Source: a virus
Lineage: Duplodnaviria; Caudoviricetes
Strand: one strand, 5' to 3'
Virus record (IMG/VR): IMGVR_UViG_3300011868_000001
Location: 128,001-192,000 of that record
DNA length: 64,000 bases
The notes beneath the pieces were generated by a model, which was not told the DNA's origin, did not search any database, and was given only the letters and a program-made list of their open reading frames with translations. Each line of letters opens with the position of its first letter. The first letter of the stretch is position 1. Both the position numbers and the translations under genes were made by a program. This document shows, one piece after another, positions 57,671 to 64,000 of this stretch.

Positions 57671-58675
57671 TTATGTCAAGTTGGTTACCATCAACGGGTA
57701 TTGTTCGCGCAGTACTTCATCCGTGGTGACTTCTGGAAAATGAGGCGCAATCTGAATCAACGGGCCGACGACGGCGTGGTTGTTCAGCAGCACGATCGCC
57801 TCAGTAGAAGCACCGGTTAACATCGAGATGTCAAAGATGTCAGTGCCGTCTCGACGATACAGATACCAGCGAGCATCGAGCAGGTTGAGGGTATCGACCA
57901 CCTCATTGGCGTAACTGACCTTATCCAGTGGTTCGGGCACTGGCAGCTTGAAGCGACTCAGAAAGACCCTGATCATGTCAGGCTTGTGGGCCATGACCAC
58001 ATCGGGACCCAGTTCCTGGATGACGTTCTTCAAGGCATCAAGAGAGCCTGAGGTCGCGATGACCGGAAGGCTGTAGATGACCGCCTGCCGATAAACTTCC
58101 GGATCGATGTATTGCTTGACATCACCGAAATACTGGTACTGCCCATAACCTGCCGCTTCACTGAGCGCTGCACCCCAGACAGCCGATTCGTACCCGATAT
58201 TGATGTACCGACTGAATTCGGCATTACCGGTCAGGTCTCCAACGATCCCCAGTAGGTTGCCGTAATTGCTGATATCCCGAGGATCGCCGTACTGAACCTG
58301 TCGAACAACTTCGTCACCGGCTGCTTTGACCCGCGTGACCATCTCCGGGTCCATGTCGATAAAGGCCGCAGCTTTATCCAGCACGCCCTCGCCCATGGTC
58401 TTGAGGATGCCCACGGTACTGGTATTGAACATACCAAGTCCGCTCTCCAGCAATTGCTTGCCAGTGGCACCGTAGCTCTTTTGCTCAAGGAGATTGACCA
58501 TCCCTCTGGCCAGCCCCTCAGCACCGCCTACTTGGCTATAGAGTCGATTGGCAGTGTTCTTGGATGCTTCGTAAATCTTGTTGATCGGTCGAGTACTTGT
58601 CAGGTCATAGGCATCGGCTGCCTCAAGCTTCTCGGTGTTATTGCTGCGAAACAGAGGGAGTGAAATCAGCGACAT
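57671..58675 (-). CDS. Conserved hypothetical protein, possibly virion-associated
   Basis: 334 aa from MSLISLP. Confidence 0.65.
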   Translation of the reverse strand: MSLISLPLFRSNNTEKLEAADAYDLTSTRPINKIYEASKNTANRLYSQVGGAEGLARGMVNLLEQKSYGATGKQLLESGLGMFNTSTVGILKTMGEGVLDKAAAFIDMDPEMVTRVKAAGDEVVRQVQYGDPRDISNYGNLLGIVGDLTGNAEFSRYINIGYESAVWGAALSEAAGYGQYQYFGDVKQYIDPEVYRQAVIYSLPVIATSGSLDALKNVIQELGPDVVMAHKPDMIRVFLSRFKLPVPEPLDKVSYANEVVDTLNLLDARWYLYRRDGTDIFDISMLTGASTEAIVLLNNHAVVGPLIQIAPHFPEVTTDEVLREQYPLMVTNLT

Positions 58676-58748
58676 GGGCCGTCCCCAACAAAGAAAAAAG
58701 AAAGGGCGAGTCATGGAGGGCCGAAGCCCTCCATGCGGTCACCGGTGA

Positions 58749-59372
58749 TCAGTCGTTCGACAGGTCAGGTTTGTCATTGAGGTTGTCGAGTTGATAACGG
58801 ATATCGTCCTCGAGTTCCTTACGGATGACGTCCAAAGAACCTGTGTTCTTCAGTGCCGAGCGCAGCAGCGCCCAGTAATCGAGCTGCCATTGGTGACGGT
58901 CCTGCATCATGACTTTCTTGCCATAGATGTAGTAATGCGCCAAAGGCAGTTCGTTGGCCAGCAGATCGCGCTGAAGTTGTGGATTCTTATCCAGCTTCTC
59001 CAGCATACCCAGCTTGAACATCTTGCTGAACAGCGGGTAGTGCGCGGTGCTCATCTTCTTGCCGAGTTCTCGCGCCGCGACACCTTTGATGATGCGGAAG
59101 GAGTCATCGTGAAAACCGGTCTTCATGTAAAACCAGAGGCCTTCCAGGGTGCGGAAGTGTCCGAAGTAAGGGTGTTCGATGTTGCACTCGGAAAGATTGC
59201 TCAGGGCGCGTCCTAGGGCGGTTGCACCGCGCGAATAGACGTTTACGTGAGTCTTACCATCTTCTTCCGGATTGATCATCGACATGGCCGGAGCCTTAGG
59301 TATGGGGTGGTCGTTGGACATAGCTGCAAGGTTCCTGTTAATGCTGGGTGAACCACTCTGAGGGGTATGCAT
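58749..59372 (-). CDS. NADAR/YbiA-like protein (T4 gp30.3-type)
   Basis: ALSNL...F.TLEG.W..MK...GVAARELGK...KLDKNPQL. Confidence 0.6.
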   Translation of the reverse strand: MHTPQSGSPSINRNLAAMSNDHPIPKAPAMSMINPEEDGKTHVNVYSRGATALGRALSNLSECNIEHPYFGHFRTLEGLWFYMKTGFHDDSFRIIKGVAARELGKKMSTAHYPLFSKMFKLGMLEKLDKNPQLQRDLLANELPLAHYYIYGKKVMMQDRHQWQLDYWALLRSALKNTGSLDVIRKELEDDIRYQLDNLNDKPDLSND

Positions 59373-59980
59373 CAGTCGTTATCGCTTCTATCGGTAGGCG
59401 AAGTGGAGTTACCCAGCAGTCGGCTCAAGCGAGCGCGCTTATCGGGATTAGGTGGAGTGGTGGTGACAGTAAACCGGTTGTCAGATTCGATCTGCTGGAT
59501 CATTTCCTCGACCGCTTCGTCAGTCACGCCTTCATCGTCATCGTCATAATCGCCGATGTCGTTATCGTGACTCAGACCTTTACCAGACAAGGCGCTGGAC
59601 AGGTCATCGATAGCCGCGTAAGGGTTCTTGAACATATCGGTAGCGATTGTCACTTCTCGACCGTCACGCATGAGCATTGTGATGCTCATAGAATAACGCT
59701 GCGGCCCCAGAATCTGGATTGCTTTCTGGAACGTCTTAAAGGTGATTTCGCGCTTGGCGATAGCTCGGTTGAAGTTATTTCGCTCTTGGCCGATGTCCTT
59801 GGCATTCTTTGGAACACGGGACAGGGGACTGGAGAGAAACGCGGTGAGTCGCCGGTTCCATGGTTTGGCTTCAACACCAAGTTCCAGAAGAACCTTGCGA
59901 AACAGGTAGGTCAATGGATTGGCTGCCTCTTTGAGAAGCTTCTCCTTATCATCCATCATCCGGCGTTGTTCTTTACTCAT
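59372..59980 (-). CDS. Conserved hypothetical protein
   Basis: 202 aa with a basic N-domain and acidic tail. Confidence 0.65.
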   Translation of the reverse strand: MSKEQRRMMDDKEKLLKEAANPLTYLFRKVLLELGVEAKPWNRRLTAFLSSPLSRVPKNAKDIGQERNNFNRAIAKREITFKTFQKAIQILGPQRYSMSITMLMRDGREVTIATDMFKNPYAAIDDLSSALSGKGLSHDNDIGDYDDDDEGVTDEAVEEMIQQIESDNRFTVTTTPPNPDKRARLSRLLGNSTSPTDRSDND

Positions 59981-59999
59981 GGTTGGATTCCTAGGTGAT

Positions 60000-60479
60000 T
60001 TATCTCAGGCATGCTCGGCTGGCCGTAACCAGTGCAAGAATGTCTTCGATAACGAAGTTGCATTTGCGTTGATAATACTCACGATCAGCCTGATCGAGTA
60101 CTTCGAAGGCTTTAGCGAGCTTTAGGATGTAGTGACGATGCTCAGCGACCCAGTCCAGAGGATGGATCAACTCATCGCCATCGGCTATGTACTCTTCCAG
60201 TGTCCGTTCAGCAAATAGAATCGCCCGTGATTTCCACTTCTCAGGCAGGTACTGCTGCTTGCTGACAAACACCGAAGCCTCAATAAGAAACCGACCCAGC
60301 TCAGCCAAACTGACGGTGGCTGTGGTGATGGTTTTTACACGGGCTTTTGCAGGTGAGAACGCACGTTTGTTTATTTCATCAAGGTCTCCTAGTTGTAAAA
60401 TGAGTGTTTCATAAATCGTCTTCCCTTGAGGGGGTTCTGATGGTTTTTCTTTAATCCATGGAAAAAGCTTCTTCAGCAT
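60000..60479 (-). CDS. Hypothetical protein
   Basis: 159 aa. Confidence 0.6.
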   Translation of the reverse strand: MLKKLFPWIKEKPSEPPQGKTIYETLILQLGDLDEINKRAFSPAKARVKTITTATVSLAELGRFLIEASVFVSKQQYLPEKWKSRAILFAERTLEEYIADGDELIHPLDWVAEHRHYILKLAKAFEVLDQADREYYQRKCNFVIEDILALVTASRACLR

Positions 60480-60512
60480 GATGAGCCCCAGCTAGCCACT
60501 CTGATCAATCTT

Positions 60513-61067
60513 ATGAGCGACTTACTTTTTTCGGAGATGTACAAGATGTCTGACATTATCCCCATTGAGGATGAAATGCTGCCAGTCAAAGATGGTGAAT
60601 ATCTTGGCCGCGCGCCGATGGAGATCAGCGATTCGGTTGATCCATCGGATATCATCAAGACCACGCAGAGTATTCGTGTGGCCATGGTGAAGCAAGAGTT
60701 GCAGCACGGCGTACCAAAGGTTGACAAGGATGCCAATACCTTGCTTCAGGTGCTGCGCGACATGGACCAGGCAGCGTTGACGACCCGTAAGATTGACGTC
60801 GATGAACGTCAGGTTAACGAGTCCGAACGCTTGGCACAGGCGCAGAATGAATTGCTCCGTATGCTGGGTGGCAAGAACCCGTTTGCTGTTGACCTCACAG
60901 CTGGTAAGGCCCCACCGGCACCAACGCGTCAAGCGCCAGAACTCCCAGCGCCGCCGTTGGTGCCAGATGTTACAACCCAGGGCACTCAGCCGGTGAACTA
61001 CGACGACTTCGTTTCGTCTGTAGAAGCCGCCGCCGCGGCCATGGCCGAAGACGACGAAGACGCCTGA
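60513..61067 (+). CDS. Conserved hypothetical protein (start may be 60537 or 60546)
   Basis: ~180 aa, helical with a Pro-rich and acidic tail. Confidence 0.6.
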   Translation: MSDLLFSEMYKMSDIIPIEDEMLPVKDGEYLGRAPMEISDSVDPSDIIKTTQSIRVAMVKQELQHGVPKVDKDANTLLQVLRDMDQAALTTRKIDVDERQVNESERLAQAQNELLRMLGGKNPFAVDLTAGKAPPAPTRQAPELPAPPLVPDVTTQGTQPVNYDDFVSSVEAAAAAMAEDDEDA

Positions 61068-61804
61068 TCTTCAGGAATCCGATACGTCCCAGGCACCAAG
61101 AAGCAGAAGTCACTAACGGGTAAATGCTCGATGTGAAGGAAATCCTCCATCACCATTTCGAACAACCCGTGTACATCGGCTTCTTTGAAGACTTCATCCT
61201 CTGTCTTGAACTCCCCAGGCTCTTTCATAAAGAGCTTGGGGCTTATGACCGACATCCCGTTTAACGGTTTGACCAGCAGCTGCTCGTGATGAATCTCAAG
61301 CCACTTCTGAAGGTCGTAAGTCACCCAGCCGTTGTAGTAGGTATCGAAGAACGCAGGGGTCAACTTCGCCGTGTCATACCGCCCCACCCCGAACTTGACG
61401 TAAGGAGGGAACAGATGTAACAGGCAGTTTTTGATCGACTCAAGCAAAGGGCCGGGCAGGTGATACGGATGCAGGTTCAGGTCGATGTTGATATCGGTGA
61501 CATCCACACCTCTGAACAGCCGTTCCTTCAGGCCTTCAACGTAAGTAATCAGAACCGGTACGATACCGGTGATGATGCTCTTTTGCAGGATGTCCAGATT
61601 GCGCGTGGCATAACGGGCGTTGAACGCCTCCGTGGTGACGCGGCCCTGAGTGAGGGTCGTGTAATCATCAAGAAGGCGTTCACGGTATGCTGACACCGAC
61701 AGATGGCCTGCAATCTCAGGATCAAGATCAAGCAGTGTGCCCATGCGGGTGTCAAAGAGACAATCCAAATCCAGCAACAGATTCAGTGCACTGGAAGTTG
61801 CCAT
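60998..61804 (-). CDS. HAD-like (DxD) protein
   Basis: N-terminal LLLDLDCLFDT; AGGAG RBS. Confidence 0.55.
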   Translation of the reverse strand: MATSSALNLLLDLDCLFDTRMGTLLDLDPEIAGHLSVSAYRERLLDDYTTLTQGRVTTEAFNARYATRNLDILQKSIITGIVPVLITYVEGLKERLFRGVDVTDINIDLNLHPYHLPGPLLESIKNCLLHLFPPYVKFGVGRYDTAKLTPAFFDTYYNGWVTYDLQKWLEIHHEQLLVKPLNGMSVISPKLFMKEPGEFKTEDEVFKEADVHGLFEMVMEDFLHIEHLPVSDFCFLVPGTYRIPEDQASSSSSAMAAAAASTDETKSS

Positions 61805-61839
61805 CGCTGGCTCCTATGGATAATGTATTGCTGAAAAGA

Positions 61840-62325
61840 TTACTGTTTGACAACCGGCAATGACAGCAGGATCATGAAGACCAGCCAATGGTTCCCTTTG
61901 AGGATGGCCTTCATTTCCTCGTACGAGCCGACATGCTCACGTACGTCGTCGGGCAGTGCAGTGGCCTGTGAGGCCCAAGCCAGGCTTGAAGCCAGGTGGT
62001 TGATGAAGCTGTCGTAATGCCCCGATGCGGTCGGATTCTGCAGCCACAAATAGGTCGCCCCATTCATGTAGAAATCGAACATCGAGTTGCGCGCTTCGCC
62101 TTCCAGGTCGGCATTGTCCACATAACGCTTCCACAACCGTTCGATGTCAGCTGCGCTACGGACCCCGTACCAGCGCACCCGGCGCAGTTCAGGCAGGTCA
62201 TTGCTGTAGAATTGATCCTGGATTAACGCAGCATTGACCTGGTCCTTGAAAAACTCGGTCTGCCATGTCTTTAGTGCAGACTGGAGACTGTCCAGTGTCT
62301 GACGATCGTTTACTGCAAAGCTCAT
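61840..62325 (-). CDS. Hypothetical protein
   Basis: 161 aa, GAGGT RBS. Confidence 0.65.
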   Translation of the reverse strand: MSFAVNDRQTLDSLQSALKTWQTEFFKDQVNAALIQDQFYSNDLPELRRVRWYGVRSAADIERLWKRYVDNADLEGEARNSMFDFYMNGATYLWLQNPTASGHYDSFINHLASSLAWASQATALPDDVREHVGSYEEMKAILKGNHWLVFMILLSLPVVKQ

Positions 62326-62328
62326 GGA

Positions 62329-63030
62329 TTACACCTCATCCAAGTTGGTGTCGATCATCATCCCACGGTAGAGCGTCGCCACCGTGGAAGTAGAATTGGT
62401 GACTTCACCCGATTCGGTGACGTCTTCAAGACTGGCTTCCCCATGCTCGATCAGTTGACGATCGAACTCGACCTGTGCGGTACGGCTACCGCCGCGCACT
62501 TTGATCTCTTCGACCAGCGTTTGCTCCAGACCTTGAGCCAACTGGGATTGCAGTTCTGGGAAGGAAATCTTAGAACCCTTCGATTTACCCGTGACCTGAC
62601 CGGACATTTCATCGACGTGTCGGGCGTTTTCAGGGATCGAGGATTTCTTGGTGAGCATTTGTGCCTGACGACGCACGGTCATGTCAAGCACCAGGTATTT
62701 TTGCGGTGTCAGAAACACTACACCTGTCTGCGGGTCGGTGAGCCAGAGCCGCTCGAAGAAAGGATGCCCGATCTTATCTGCCACTGCCATCAAAGAATCC
62801 ATGGTGATCCGCGGGTCTTTGAGGTTTGGGGAGTAGAACGGCAGGATTTCCTGGGTGCTGCGAGCCTCTTCGGTTTCTGGCTTGGCCAGCGCCCGGATGT
62901 ACTCATCGAACTCGGTATCCGACATGGCATCCAGACGCTGTTTGGTCAGCTCGGCATTGTAGCTGTCACCCGGAATAATTCCCGCAATGGCATCAACGAT
63001 AAACGCTGTGACCTCTTGACGACTGGCCAT
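62329..63030 (-). CDS. Virion RNAP beta subunit, C-terminal part (phiKZ gp149-like)
   Basis: 233 aa from MASRQ; SGQVTGKSKGSKISFPE and TLVEEIKVRGG resemble the RpoB C-terminal switch region. Confidence 0.7.
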   Translation of the reverse strand: MASRQEVTAFIVDAIAGIIPGDSYNAELTKQRLDAMSDTEFDEYIRALAKPETEEARSTQEILPFYSPNLKDPRITMDSLMAVADKIGHPFFERLWLTDPQTGVVFLTPQKYLVLDMTVRRQAQMLTKKSSIPENARHVDEMSGQVTGKSKGSKISFPELQSQLAQGLEQTLVEEIKVRGGSRTAQVEFDRQLIEHGEASLEDVTESGEVTNSTSTVATLYRGMMIDTNLDEV

Positions 63031-63040
63031 AACAAATACC

Positions 63041-63325
63041 TCAGTGACGGACCGGAAGGTCGTGAGAAACGATGATCGGCAGGACCAGTTGGCGGAAGTG
63101 ACGCAGCCAGTCGGTCGGAGCGATGTCATCGACCAAGCAGGTACGGGCCGAGATGGTCGAGGTGTGCAGGGCCGCAAGCTCATTGCGCCAGAAGCGATTG
63201 AGTTCACGGATTTCAGTGCTTTCGTCTTGCAGATTGCAATCAAACAAACGTGCAAAGCGGGTGGCGGCGTTCGGGTTCTGGTCGGCGAGCAGATCGGCGA
63301 CAGCAGAGGCGATCCGGGTAGTCAT
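63041..63325 (-). CDS. Hypothetical protein
   Basis: 94 aa from MTTRIA, GGAG RBS. Confidence 0.6.
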   Translation of the reverse strand: MTTRIASAVADLLADQNPNAATRFARLFDCNLQDESTEIRELNRFWRNELAALHTSTISARTCLVDDIAPTDWLRHFRQLVLPIIVSHDLPVRH

Positions 63326-63384
63326 GGAAGGTTCTCCAATGTGTCGAATGGCCGGCGCGCCCAACGCACACCGGCCTCAGAGTA

Positions 63385-64000
63385 TTAGGTTGCTTTCTCC
63401 GCCTGTCTATCCTTGATCTTCATGATCAAATCAGCGGCAGTGAGAGGTTTCTTGGAATCGGTACCCGCTTCGGCTTCAGAAGCCTTAGCAATGGCGCCTT
63501 GTGCTTTAGCCTTGGCTTTGACGGCATCGTCGTACCAATACGGACGGTACGTTCCGGCGCGCATGTTCAGCAAGTCCATGGTGGACAGGAACGGCAGATC
63601 GGCGTAGGCTCCCTTCTCCTCCAGAGGCAGCCAGAAACCGCGCGTATCAAGCAGAAGGTCCCAGTCGTACCCTGCGGCCAGGATATCGTCGTACAGCTCC
63701 TTAGGAGTGCACAGCAGGCCTTCTGGCAGGTCATGCCACAGGTTGCGCATCATGCACATCTCAGCCGTGATGTTCATGGCCCGTTGCAGGCGACTGTCCG
63801 TCTCAAACAGACCGCGTACCGACTTGCGGGTCAGGTTGACCGACGGGTACAGGTCCAGACGGAAGTTCGGCTTACCTTTGGCCTTGTTGCCATCCTTATC
63901 ACTGATGCCGTAGTAGTCATAGCCCTTGCAGTAAACGAACTCGGTCAGCGAGGGTTTAAGTCCTTCAGACTGCGACACCACGACCTCGAACGGAATACCG
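63385..64000 (-). CDS. C-terminal part of a probable RecA/UvsX-like recombinase (5' end outside the window)
   Basis: Frame open to the window edge; FLSTMDLL.M..G.YRPYWY tail and position recalled from phiKZ-like UvsX; ATPase motifs not visible here. Confidence 0.5.
   Translation of the reverse strand, partial: GIPFEVVVSQSEGLKPSLTEFVYCKGYDYYGISDKDGNKAKGKPNFRLDLYPSVNLTRKSVRGLFETDSRLQRAMNITAEMCMMRNLWHDLPEGLLCTPKELYDDILAAGYDWDLLLDTRGFWLPLEEKGAYADLPFLSTMDLLNMRAGTYRPYWYDDAVKAKAKAQGAIAKASEAEAGTDSKKPLTAADLIMKIKDRQAEKAT

Noticed and set aside
1-64000. CRISPR arrays, rRNA, integrase or transposase
   Set aside because: None seen; the repeats are dispersed regulatory elements, not regularly spaced arrays.

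Overview
This window is a core block of a nucleus-forming, phiKZ-related jumbo phage (Chimalliviridae-type). Left to right it holds: the start of a non-virion RNAP beta' gene, chimallin (ChmA), a family-B DNA polymerase, a dense operon of small acidic genes, the PhuZ tubulin, early accessory genes, large terminase, baseplate/tail genes with sheath and tube, head proteins, the prohead protease, virion RNAP subunits, a 2115-aa tail protein with a lytic transglycosylase domain, a NADAR-like gene and the end of a probable RecA/UvsX gene. phiKZ gp numbers come from recalled motifs and synteny, not from a database search. Main findings: (1) an ORF-less 396-nt group I intron (47211-47606, minus strand) splits the catalytic AD/FDGD motif of the virion RNAP beta' gene; (2) a duplicated terminator+early-promoter cassette drives two operons of identical layout, each with ~40-aa membrane microproteins; (3) a bipartite promoter TCGAAAT-N11-TACAT, found only on the minus strand; (4) a family of hairpins followed by TATGCYG instead of a U-tract; (5) a ~300-nt strand-skewed non-coding locus that may be an sRNA or an origin.
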